Shown here: one piece after another, positions 21,273 through 29,911 of the stretch
Layout of the letters: each line of letters begins with the position of its first letter
Position numbering within the stretch: position 1 is the first letter of the stretch
Source: Candidatus Omnitrophota bacterium
GTDB taxonomy: Bacteria; Omnitrophota; Gorgyraeia; Zapsychrales; Fredricksoniimonadaceae
Length of the DNA stretch: 64,000 nucleotides
Assembly (NCBI GenBank): GCA_030650275.1
Contig: JAUSEK010000012.1
Span: 472 to 64,471, forward strand
Direction: 5' to 3'
Notes under the pieces: model-generated
Seen by the model: only the letters and a program-made list of their open reading frames with translations
Told to the model about the DNA's origin: nothing
Database searches by the model: none
Position numbers and translations under genes: made by a program

Positions 21273-22745
21273 TTACTTCGCCGCGGACACGCGCGAGTTC
21301 GCCTCCCATTTGGAAATGTTATTCATGAAATCCTTCACGCACAATTTCACCTTGATATGATAGTTGCTTTCCATGATCCGGTGGATGCGTTCCGGCTTGG
21401 AATAATATTCACGCATGCACCAGGCCCCCAAACGGCCGACCTCCTCGATGCTGAGATGATCGGTGGGGATGACCGGATGCTGGAAATCCCAGTCCTTGAG
21501 ATCGATCTTGTCCGGATCGAACCATCCTTTCTTGATCCCGTAACGCCAGTCCGGAGAATTGGGCACCGGCGTCAAATAATCCAGGGCAAAAATGTCCGAA
21601 TCGATCTCATCGGCAACGCGCAAACGTTCCTTGATCTTCGCTTCCGTGTCCTCTTTGAGGCCGATCAATACCGTCCCGACACTGCCGATATCATTTTCAC
21701 GCAAAATATCGACCGTCTTTCTGATCTGCGCGATGGTCACTCCTTTGCCGGTCTTGCTCAAGGTCATATCGTCCTCGACCTCCACACCCGTTAACGCCAA
21801 AAACAAGCCCGCTTTTTTCATCAACGGCAGGATCTCGTGCTGGGAGACCCATTGGTCGGCACGGCCCAAACACACCCAGTCGATCTTGTTGCCGCGCTTG
21901 AGTTTCTCCTCGCAGAATTCGATCATGGCGGCGGTGTCCGTATTGAACGCGTCATCCTGAAAAACAACCGTGTTGATCCCGTATTGCTTCTCTAAAATAT
22001 CCAGTTCATCAACGATGCGTTTGCCTTTCAGCCCCCGCCAGGACGTGAAATCTTTGGCGGCGGTGCGGCTGTCATAAAGCGCCCATTCATAACAAAAATG
22101 ACATTTGCCCGGACAACCGCGGGACGTCATCAATTCCGCGAACGGTTTCCAATAGGTGTGCCCGACATATTTGTCCATGGGGAACAGATCATAAGCCGGC
22201 ATGGGCAGGACGTTCAAATCAGGGATCAGATCACGGTGCGGCCCCACGACAATGGCCCCGTCTTTCTGACGGGACACCAGGCCCGGGATCTCCCGTTCAT
22301 TCCTGGGATCGCCCGCGGCCATATTATTGATCAGGTCCTCCATGGTCAATTCCGCCTCCCCGATCATGATGTAGTCAATGGTCGGGTTCAAGCGCATCTG
22401 GCGTTCGTAATCGCCGGAATACCATAACCCCCCGGCCACGGTCCTGACCTTAGGGCTAGCTTCTTTGATGATGCGAAGCCCCTCATTAAAATACCAGATG
22501 ACCGCGGCACCGCAGGTGGAATGCAGCAATTCCCCGACAAAAACAATGTCCGGCTTGCTGTTTTGAACGAATTTCAGCATCGCCTCCCAGTCCATGTCCA
22601 GCGCGCGGGAGTCGAGCACTTCCACCTGGGCTAGATTTCTTTCACGCAAATAGGCGGCCAGCTGCGCGTGCATCTGATTGGCGGCTTTGTGGTTGCCGTG
22701 TGAATCCCATGCTTTCAACGGCGGTGTCAAAAATAGAACTTTCAT
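21273..22745 (-). CDS. B12-binding (class B) radical SAM protein
   Basis: N-terminal cobalamin-binding region (VAGG, IGEAE), TSRGCPGKCHFC motif, FQDDAF. Confidence 0.92.
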   Translation of the reverse strand: MKVLFLTPPLKAWDSHGNHKAANQMHAQLAAYLRERNLAQVEVLDSRALDMDWEAMLKFVQNSKPDIVFVGELLHSTCGAAVIWYFNEGLRIIKEASPKVRTVAGGLWYSGDYERQMRLNPTIDYIMIGEAELTMEDLINNMAAGDPRNEREIPGLVSRQKDGAIVVGPHRDLIPDLNVLPMPAYDLFPMDKYVGHTYWKPFAELMTSRGCPGKCHFCYEWALYDSRTAAKDFTSWRGLKGKRIVDELDILEKQYGINTVVFQDDAFNTDTAAMIEFCEEKLKRGNKIDWVCLGRADQWVSQHEILPLMKKAGLFLALTGVEVEDDMTLSKTGKGVTIAQIRKTVDILRENDIGSVGTVLIGLKEDTEAKIKERLRVADEIDSDIFALDYLTPVPNSPDWRYGIKKGWFDPDKIDLKDWDFQHPVIPTDHLSIEEVGRLGAWCMREYYSKPERIHRIMESNYHIKVKLCVKDFMNNISKWEANSRVSAAK

Positions 22746-22762
22746 AACGTTCTCCTGTTATT

Positions 22763-22789
22763 GTACGGGCGGGGTTACCCCGCCCCTAC
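22763..22789. repeat. GTAG-type REP palindrome
   Basis: GTAGGGGCGGGGTAACCCCGCCCGTAC on the minus strand; related copy at 33985-34014. Confidence 0.7.
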
Positions 22790-22795
22790 GTTCAT

Positions 22796-24298
22796 TTAAA
22801 ACCACGACGTGACCAGCGGCTTGCCTCCCGGCGTCTGGTCAGTGGTGACTGTTTTGATCTGTGTGTATTCATACAGCCCTTCTTTGCCCAATTCCCGTCC
22901 AAAACCGCTTTGTTTATACCCGCCGAACGGCACGGCATTGTCAAAAGCGCCATAGGTATTGATCCAGACCGTGCCGCAACGTAAACGTTTGGCCACACCA
23001 TTGGCCTTGGCCAGATCCTGCGTCCACACCATGGCCGCGAGACCATACTTGGTTTCATTGGCCAGATGAACCGCCTCATCAACGGATGTAAAAGGCATCA
23101 CGCACAATACCGGGCCAAAAATTTCTTCCTGCGCGATGGTCATGTTGTTGCGCACGTCAATAAAGATCGTGGGTTCAAGATAAGCCCCTTTAGGATTTGT
23201 CCCCGCCGGAACTTTACCGCCGCACACCAATTTTGCCCCTTCTTTCTTGCCCTGTTCGATCAAACGCAAAACAGCGTCGCGATGGGTAGTATTGACCAAA
23301 GGACCGAACTCGGTCTCAAAACTGTCCGCCGGGCCTATCGTTAATGTTTGGGCGCGTTTCACCAGTTGCCCGACGAATGTCTTATAAATTTTGTCCTCCA
23401 CCAAAAGCCGCGACCCGGCCGTGCACATCTGTCCCTGATTCATAAAAATGGAAGCCAAAGTCCCGCCCACCGCCGCTTCCATATTGCAATCGGCAAAAAC
23501 GATGTTGGGAGATTTGCCGCCCAATTCCAGCGTCAATTTCTTAATGCTCTTGGCGGCCTGGGCCATCACCGCTTTTCCGGTTTCTGTTGAGCCGGTAAAA
23601 GACACCATATCCACCTGGGAATGGGAAACCAGCTCGCTGCCGGCCTGGGCACGTGAAGAACTGATGATATTTAAAACACCTTTAGGTAATCCGGCCTGGG
23701 CGATGATCTTGCCTAAAGCCATGACCGCAACACAGGCGGTCGGCGATGGTTTTAAAACAACGGTATTGCCGGCCAGTAAAGCCGGAGCGATCTTCCACGC
23801 GGCCGTGATCAAAGGATAATTCCAGGGAATAATGGCCGCCACAACACCAACAGGTTCCCGGCTGACAAGACACAGATGAGGGGACGGTATTTCTATGGTC
23901 TCGTTATTTAACGGGGTCTCGAAATTTCCAAAATATTCAAACGTATCCGCGCAGGTCGGGACATCAATGAAGGTCGCGTGCTTGATGGTCTTACCGGTTG
24001 ACCAGCATTCCAGGTCCGCTAATTCTTTGGCATTCTCCCGGATCAGTTGGGCGATGCGCAATAAAAATTTTCCCCGTTCGGCCGTGGCCATTTGCGGCCA
24101 GCGGCCGTGGTCAAAAGCCAGGCGAGCGGCGTTGACAGCGATCTCAACGTCCACGGCATCAGCGTCCGCCAAGCGCGCGAACACCTCGCCGTTGGAAGGA
24201 TTAACGCAATCAAAATATTGACCGCTCAACGAAGGCGCTACCTTGCCTTCGAGCAACAAATCAAATTTCTCTATTTTTGATCCTATTATCATATTCAT
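22796..24298 (-). CDS. NAD-dependent aldehyde dehydrogenase
   Basis: PWNYP, FTGSTETG, LELGGKSP, GQMCTAG, EEIFGP and PFGGYKQSG motifs. Confidence 0.95.
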   Translation of the reverse strand: MNMIIGSKIEKFDLLLEGKVAPSLSGQYFDCVNPSNGEVFARLADADAVDVEIAVNAARLAFDHGRWPQMATAERGKFLLRIAQLIRENAKELADLECWSTGKTIKHATFIDVPTCADTFEYFGNFETPLNNETIEIPSPHLCLVSREPVGVVAAIIPWNYPLITAAWKIAPALLAGNTVVLKPSPTACVAVMALGKIIAQAGLPKGVLNIISSSRAQAGSELVSHSQVDMVSFTGSTETGKAVMAQAAKSIKKLTLELGGKSPNIVFADCNMEAAVGGTLASIFMNQGQMCTAGSRLLVEDKIYKTFVGQLVKRAQTLTIGPADSFETEFGPLVNTTHRDAVLRLIEQGKKEGAKLVCGGKVPAGTNPKGAYLEPTIFIDVRNNMTIAQEEIFGPVLCVMPFTSVDEAVHLANETKYGLAAMVWTQDLAKANGVAKRLRCGTVWINTYGAFDNAVPFGGYKQSGFGRELGKEGLYEYTQIKTVTTDQTPGGKPLVTSWF

Positions 24299-24301
24299 AC
24301 G

Positions 24302-24375
24302 GAATTATGGGGACACAATACTTAATTCCTAATGCTTGTCAAACGGTTGAATTAAATATTGTGTCCCTATAATTC
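24302..24375. repeat. MITE/REPIN-like inverted repeat filling the intergenic space
   Basis: 27-bp arms at 24302-24328 and 24349-24375 with 2 mismatches; AATTATGGGGAC terminus shared with the rrn spacer repeat. Confidence 0.8.
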
Positions 24376-24376
24376 A

Positions 24377-25402
24377 TTATTCCACCGGTACATTCGTCCA
24401 TAATTGAAAAATACGGCTGCAAGGCGCGTACCATTTGGAAATGCGCGCGAAATCGCCTTTTAAGAACATTTTCTTCTGCGTCGTGGCCACGAACGGGTCT
24501 ATTTGCCGGCTGAACACCGCCCGCCACACCGCTTCCGGCGCGTTGATGACAAATTCCGCGTCCGCGTCCTGCGCGACCTGCGTGATACGGCCGTTCTCAA
24601 ATGTAAACCGGTGGGCCTGCCCTGTCTCATCCAAAATGACCGCGAGGGCCATGTTCATCGCGGTCTTGTTGCCCAATTCCTGCATCTGCGCGTCGGCATT
24701 GACTAGGCGCACGATCTCTTCGATCTGTTCTTTGGAAAATAATTTGTATTTTTTATTTTTGTCACCCCCGAATGTTTCTGTCGGGGGTCCAGAAATAGAC
24801 GTGTCTGGATTCCCGACAAAAGCATTCGGGAATGACATTTTTTTATAATGAACGTCGACCAGATCCATTTTTACTTGTTCTTCCAATTCCTGAATAAGCA
24901 CAAATGCATTGAATAGATCGTCCCCCACCGCGACAACGCCGTGGTTCTTAAGCACTACGATATTGTTTATTTTCAACGCTTCCACCACTGGCGCGGGGTC
25001 AGTCACTGATGGGGTTGTTTGGGCAATGGCTTTCACTTCACCCAGATAAAATTGCGCTTCAAATGTTTTAGGCGTGAAGCGGTCGTTGGATAAAAAGAAA
25101 CCATTGGTGTAGGTTGTATGCGTATGCAAAACGCATTGGACCTTCGGCATCGCTTTGTAGATTGCCGTGTGCATCAGCCGCTCGCTGGATGCCTTACCTT
25201 TCCCGATAACCGCGCCCTTAAGGTCCATCGTGAGAATGTCTTTGTCCGTCAAATGTCCCAGACATGTTCCCGTGGCTGTTATCAAAACAGTATCGGCATC
25301 CAGGCGATGGGAAATGTTACCGTTAAAACCAAACACCAGCCCCTTGTCCCACAACAGACGTCCGGTCCGGATCATTTCTTCTTTTATTTGTTTCTCATTC
25401 AT
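24377..25402 (-). CDS. Class II aldolase (FucA/MtnB/DrdA-like) fused to an SCP2-like domain
   Basis: GNIS, SSE..MH..IY, HTH and NHGV motifs; C-terminus IDPFVATTQKKMFLKGD resembles SCP2. ATGA overlap at 25399-25402. Confidence 0.85.
   Translation of the reverse strand: MNEKQIKEEMIRTGRLLWDKGLVFGFNGNISHRLDADTVLITATGTCLGHLTDKDILTMDLKGAVIGKGKASSERLMHTAIYKAMPKVQCVLHTHTTYTNGFFLSNDRFTPKTFEAQFYLGEVKAIAQTTPSVTDPAPVVEALKINNIVVLKNHGVVAVGDDLFNAFVLIQELEEQVKMDLVDVHYKKMSFPNAFVGNPDTSISGPPTETFGGDKNKKYKLFSKEQIEEIVRLVNADAQMQELGNKTAMNMALAVILDETGQAHRFTFENGRITQVAQDADAEFVINAPEAVWRAVFSRQIDPFVATTQKKMFLKGDFARISKWYAPCSRIFQLWTNVPVE
24760..24837. repeat. Two-unit palindromic repeat inserted in-frame in the aldolase gene
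   Basis: 78 bp, TGTCACCCCCG...GTCCAG-12 nt-CTGGATTCCCG...GAATGACA; same family as 16716-16748. Confidence 0.85.
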
Positions 25403-25872
25403 ATCAGGTATTTCTTCGGGACCCATTCCACCAAAGGCACATAACCATGAACACCTTTGGGCGCTGTTCTTTTGCCTTCAAAAGACAAAATATCCTCGGG
25501 GTTACCCAAAAACCGCGCCTTATGTTCGGCCGGTGCTAATTGAACCGGTACGTTATGGCGTTTGGCCAAAACCGCCAGGACCAACCCTCCCATATCGCAC
25601 AAAGCCCCGCTTTTATCCGCGAATTGGCAGGCCAAAACCACTTGCTTGACCAACCCCTTAAAGAACAGGAACCCGGCCATATTGTCGCAAATCACCGTCG
25701 GAACAATGCCTTTCCTGACCAGGGCCGCGCTGTTGCCTTTGCCCGCGCTAAGGTCCGGCCTACCCTCCAGAACAAAAACAGAGGCCGTCTTTGCCGGTTT
25801 AAAGGTCTTGAAAAAACCATCGGCACAAACGCCCTGTAAAAGAACAATGGATCCCGTTTTATAATCCCGCAT
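25399..25872 (-). CDS. Short MtnA/eIF-2B-like protein (C-terminal domain only)
   Basis: VLEGRP, ICDNMAG and LAKRHNVP parallel TETRP, VPDNTVG and LAKEFGIP in the upstream isomerase. Start reassigned to MRDYK. Confidence 0.72.
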   Translation of the reverse strand: MRDYKTGSIVLLQGVCADGFFKTFKPAKTASVFVLEGRPDLSAGKGNSAALVRKGIVPTVICDNMAGFLFFKGLVKQVVLACQFADKSGALCDMGGLVLAVLAKRHNVPVQLAPAEHKARFLGNPEDILSFEGKRTAPKGVHGYVPLVEWVPKKYLI

Positions 25873-26824
25873 GGATGGCGATCGCTTCCGTGATATAGGT
25901 GTTGGGCACAACGTCAAACCCCGGATAAAAACCCCGCGCCTTGGGGCCAAAGACCTTTTTATTGTTAAAGACCAAAAGTTCATCGGCATCGCGCATTTCA
26001 ATGGGCATGTCATGGCCTGTGGCAACGCCTTTGGACGGCTGGGTCAAAACGATCAGCGGAATGCCGAACTCCTTGGCCAGCACCGCGATCTGGTAAGAGC
26101 CCACTTTATTGGCCACATCTCCATTGGCCGCCGAACGGTCGGAACCGATGATGATCTTGTTGACCAGCCCCTCGGCCATCAAAGCGCCGACGGTATTATC
26201 CGGGACCACGGTCACATGCGCTCCGGCTTTTTGCAGCTCCCATGCCGTCAATTTTGCGCCCTGCATGTAAGGCCGGGTTTCCGTCGCGTAAAATTTCACG
26301 CGCCTGCCTTCTTTTAAAGCGAGGAACGCGGCCATGGCCAGCTCTCCGCTGACATTGCAATGGGTCAAAATAGGATCGCCATCGGCCATATGAGCGGCGA
26401 TCCGGCGCACACGCTCAAGACGGCGATGGCGGATGCTCTCCAGAAAACCTTCCACCGTGCGTACAACGGCCTTGCAGACATCGGCATTCTCATGGGCGGC
26501 TTTGCGCGCGACACCCGTGACAATGCCCGTCACTTCCGCGAAAGGAAAGGTCGGACGGGAATTGTTCAAGGCCAGGGCAATGGCTTCTATATCTTTGACC
26601 TTTGACTTTTGGCCTTTGGCCTCCAACAAAAAAGTATTCAAAACAACCAGAAATTGTCCAAAAGCGCGGGTTTTCATGTCCCGGATCACAGCAACCGCCC
26701 CCTTAACATTACGCACAGGGATATACTTGGTCTTTAAGGGGAGCAGGGTCTCATCAAGGACATAAAGCGTATTGCCCTTGATGTGCGCCGGCCAAAATAG
26801 TGGCGATTCGAACATATTATCCAT
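25859..26824 (-). CDS. mtnA: Methylthioribose/5-deoxyribose-1-phosphate isomerase-like protein
   Basis: SRPT, LTHCN.SGELA, ETRPYMQGAKLTAWEL and ANGDVANKVGSY motifs. Confidence 0.85.
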   Translation of the reverse strand: MDNMFESPLFWPAHIKGNTLYVLDETLLPLKTKYIPVRNVKGAVAVIRDMKTRAFGQFLVVLNTFLLEAKGQKSKVKDIEAIALALNNSRPTFPFAEVTGIVTGVARKAAHENADVCKAVVRTVEGFLESIRHRRLERVRRIAAHMADGDPILTHCNVSGELAMAAFLALKEGRRVKFYATETRPYMQGAKLTAWELQKAGAHVTVVPDNTVGALMAEGLVNKIIIGSDRSAANGDVANKVGSYQIAVLAKEFGIPLIVLTQPSKGVATGHDMPIEMRDADELLVFNNKKVFGPKARGFYPGFDVVPNTYITEAIAIHAGL

Positions 26825-26825
26825 G

Positions 26826-26903
26826 AGCGGGTCCTGTCTTCGGTTTCCCCCACCGTGCTCGTTCCTGCGCGCGGTGGGGGTCCCCCTACCGAAGCCACCC
26901 GCT
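26826..26903. repeat. GC-rich intergenic palindromic element
   Basis: Nested arms AGCGGGT/ACCCGCT, CTTCGGT/ACCGAAG and CCCCCACCG/CGGTGGGGG. Confidence 0.65.
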
Positions 26904-26909
26904 GCCAGT

Positions 26910-27677
26910 TTATCTGTTCTCTTTTTGTTTAATAAGATTCAACGCAATGTTGATGAGCGCGCCTTCGGCCATGTAATAATCCGCGTTCATGAAACCCATT
27001 TCGCCCGTGATCAGATTATCGCTGACCGCCAGAATGGACACGGCCGGGATCTTATACAATTGGGCCAATGTCAAAAATACGGAACTGACCATGTCCACGG
27101 CAATGCAGTCCCGGTCAATGGCCTTGTTCACATGTTCTTTCGTTTCACGCAAAATAGCATCGGTGGACCAGACCTTGCCCTCATGGACGGCCAGCCCGGA
27201 GGCCTTGGCCGCGGCGATCAACTGGGTGTTAAGACCGGCGTCCGGCAAGGTCACGAGCGCGTCATCCACATAATACGGGGACACCCCGTCCCCGCGCACG
27301 CAACCCGTGGCCACGATCAGATCGCCGACCTTGATCGCGCTGGACAAAGCCCCGCAGCTGCCGATGCGGATCAGACAGCCCGTTTGACCGTTGCATAAGA
27401 TCTCCGTCGTGATCGCGGTATCCGCGGCAAAACGGCCGCCGTTGATGGTGGTCACCTTGACGTCTTCATAAGTCCCCGTGAACATGGTGTATTCCATGAA
27501 CGCGAATTTCTTGACGGGATTTTTCAATTTTTTCATGACGCTTTCCATGCGCTCGCGGGGGCCCGGCACAATGGCGTATTTGCCGAAATCCATCGGCAAC
27601 AACTGCACCATTCCCATCAGGTCCTTGCCGGCCAAATGAATATCCCGGGTCATTCTTTCTTTTTCTACGATGGGCAT
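26910..27677 (-). CDS. Nucleoside phosphorylase (uridine phosphorylase/DeoD-type family)
   Basis: PGPRER, IRIGSCGA, GDL, RGDGVS, WSTDA.LRE and VDM motifs. Confidence 0.87.
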   Translation of the reverse strand: MPIVEKERMTRDIHLAGKDLMGMVQLLPMDFGKYAIVPGPRERMESVMKKLKNPVKKFAFMEYTMFTGTYEDVKVTTINGGRFAADTAITTEILCNGQTGCLIRIGSCGALSSAIKVGDLIVATGCVRGDGVSPYYVDDALVTLPDAGLNTQLIAAAKASGLAVHEGKVWSTDAILRETKEHVNKAIDRDCIAVDMVSSVFLTLAQLYKIPAVSILAVSDNLITGEMGFMNADYYMAEGALINIALNLIKQKENR

Positions 27678-29179
27678 ACGATCTCCTGTTTTAACAATTC
27701 CTTGTCGATCTTTCCTGTCCTGTTTTTAGGCAGGCCTTCTCTTATTTCAACGGTCTGCGGCACCTTGAAATTCGCCAAATGTTCACGGGCAAAATGACGC
27801 ACGTCCTGCGGTGTCAATGCGGCACCGGCTTTAAGCACCACAAAGGCCTTGAGCGCTTCGCCTTTGAGGGCATCCGATATTCCTATGACAGCCGCCTCCA
27901 GAATTCCCTCGTGCTTGCATAGGGCGCTTTCCACTTCCGGCGCGTAGACGATCTGCCCGGCCACCTTGATCATTTCTTTCTTGCGCCCGACGATATACAA
28001 AAATCCGTCCGTATCAAAACGCCCCAGATCGCCGGTATGGAACCACCCGTTGCGTTTGGCTAAAGCCGTGCTTTCAGGGTCTTTGTAATATTCCTGCATC
28101 ACCACCCAGCCGCGGATGACGATCTCGCCGATATCACCGTCGTGCAGGATATTATCTTCATCATCCACGATCCGGATCTCACAATTCGGCGCCGGCTTGC
28201 CGACGCTTTCGATCTTCGGGTCATTCAAAGGCGTGACCGTATTGGGCGGGCATGTCTCGGTCATGCCCCAGCCGTTGAGGAGCTTGGCGTTGGGGCAATA
28301 CTTATGGAAACGTTCCAAAATATCCGGCGAAGAGGGCGCCCCAAAAACCACCACCCAGCGCAGGGATGAAAGGTCAAATTGTTCAATATTTTTTAAGGTC
28401 AGCAGGGCCGTGTACATAGGCGGGACAATGTGAAAACACGTGACCTTGTGCCGGGCCACGTTCCTTAAAAATTCCAGCGGCTGGAAACGGTCCATCAACA
28501 CCAGGGTGATGCCGAACAGGATGCAATTCTGGATATAAATGAAACCGCCGATGTGACTTAAAGGAAGGGCGCACAATTTCACGTCGCGCTCGTTTAAGTC
28601 CACGAAATGTTTCATCGCTTCCGGCGACCCGTCCAGATGGCGGTAATTCAACAAAATGCCTTTAGGATTGCCGGTCGTTCCGGACGTGTACATGATCAGC
28701 GCCGGGTCCCCTTCCTTGACTTCGGCCGGCGGCGTGCTCCCGCTACCTAAAAGCGAGGCCCACGGCTGTTCCCACGCCAGTCCGAGCGGCTGTCCCACAA
28801 CAATAACGGTCTTAAGCAACGGCAGGGCCGCTTTTAAGACCTGAATGTCCACATCCGGCCTGTATAAAGCGATCAAAACTTCGGTCTCCGAATGCCCCAA
28901 ACAGGAGACCAATTCCTCTGTTTTGAGCATATGGTCCAGGGGCACGACCGTGGCCCCCAGATAAAACAAGGACAGATACCCGTAAACATACTCCGGGCAA
29001 TTGGGAAGATAAATGGCGACTTTAGAGGACTTGCGCACACCGGCACAGGACAGCCCTTTGGCCAATTGAAAAACCATGGCCTTAAGGTCATTAAAAGAAA
29101 CCGGCTGGTCCTTAAAGATCAGGGCCGGCTTTGTCCCAAAACGATTTGCTGAAGATTGTAAGATATTGGTAATATTCAT
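27665..29179 (-). CDS. AMP-dependent acyl-CoA/acyl-ACP ligase
   Basis: YTSGTTGNPKG, GWGMTE, FHTGDLG, GRKKEMIK and LPKNRTGK motifs. Confidence 0.93.
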   Translation of the reverse strand: MNITNILQSSANRFGTKPALIFKDQPVSFNDLKAMVFQLAKGLSCAGVRKSSKVAIYLPNCPEYVYGYLSLFYLGATVVPLDHMLKTEELVSCLGHSETEVLIALYRPDVDIQVLKAALPLLKTVIVVGQPLGLAWEQPWASLLGSGSTPPAEVKEGDPALIMYTSGTTGNPKGILLNYRHLDGSPEAMKHFVDLNERDVKLCALPLSHIGGFIYIQNCILFGITLVLMDRFQPLEFLRNVARHKVTCFHIVPPMYTALLTLKNIEQFDLSSLRWVVVFGAPSSPDILERFHKYCPNAKLLNGWGMTETCPPNTVTPLNDPKIESVGKPAPNCEIRIVDDEDNILHDGDIGEIVIRGWVVMQEYYKDPESTALAKRNGWFHTGDLGRFDTDGFLYIVGRKKEMIKVAGQIVYAPEVESALCKHEGILEAAVIGISDALKGEALKAFVVLKAGAALTPQDVRHFAREHLANFKVPQTVEIREGLPKNRTGKIDKELLKQEIVCPS

Positions 29180-29187
29180 AGTATAGA

Positions 29188-29223
29188 ATAGTAAAATTTT
29201 ACTATATAATGATTAAAAGTCAA
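29188..29223 (-). promoter_or_regulatory. PKS operon promoter with overlapping 18-bp perfect palindrome
   Basis: Minus strand TTGACT, 16 nt, TAAAAT; palindrome ATAGTAAAATTTTACTAT at 29188-29205 covers the -10 box. Confidence 0.6.
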
Positions 29224-29279
29224 GAAATACGTATAGGCGGGAATAAAAAAATTACTTTAGGTAGGCGGACTTTGAAAAA

Positions 29280-29507
29280 CTAGACCGGCTGATGCTGAAT
29301 GTGCTCGGCCACTGAAACCTTGATGACAGACTGCCGGGTGACCCCCAGGCGCTGGGCTTCTTTATCCAATCGATGCACCATCCACACCGGAAAGTCCACA
29401 TTGACCCGTTTTTGTTCCTGCTTTAAACGGCGGGATTTGCCTTTATTAAGGAATTTGGCCACGCTCCCGCCTTCGTCAAAAATCCTGTCGAACTCTTTAG
29501 CTTTCAT
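29280..29507 (-). CDS. brnA: CopG/RHH antitoxin (BrnA-like)
   Basis: MKAKEFD..FD.G...RVNVDFP.W....LD.EA.RLGVTRQS.IK; overlaps the toxin gene. Confidence 0.85.
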   Translation of the reverse strand: MKAKEFDRIFDEGGSVAKFLNKGKSRRLKQEQKRVNVDFPVWMVHRLDKEAQRLGVTRQSVIKVSVAEHIQHQPV

Positions 29508-29760
29508 ATAACTCAACCTCCTCTTTGCGGGACCGCCTGACCGAAATGATCCTGATCTTTGCGTCCCTGTATGTAATGACGGCAGAATAACATTCGCCTT
29601 CTTTACGCCCTATGACCAGATAGCGCGGTTCATCCTTTGTTCTGGCCGGGATCTCCAATACATCAGGGTCTTCCCAGATGGCCTGCGCTTCAATGAAATT
29701 GATCCCGTGCTTTTGCTTGTTGAGAGCGCTCTTATGCTCATCGAACTCAAATTCTTCCAT
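29497..29760 (-). CDS. brnT: BrnT family toxin
   Basis: FEFDEHKS..N..KHGI.F.EA...RIISVRR pattern. Confidence 0.9.
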   Translation of the reverse strand: MEEFEFDEHKSALNKQKHGINFIEAQAIWEDPDVLEIPARTKDEPRYLVIGRKEGECYSAVITYRDAKIRIISVRRSRKEEVELYES

Positions 29761-29911
29761 ATATAGAAAATATACCATTTCTATACTCTTATTTCAAGGT
29801 AAATTTGATGCGAATTTGATGCGAATCTTAAAACCTTCCTGCCATTCCCGCGAAAGCGGGAATCCAGAAACAGTCTGTTACGACGCTTGAGCCATTGACC
29901 CCACCCCTAAA

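Noticed and set aside
25399-26025. Frameshifted continuation of mtnA, or a target for the putative suppressor tRNA
   Set aside because: mtnA is complete with its own stop. The second ORF has a usable ATG at 25872 and repeats the C-terminal domain rather than continuing it.
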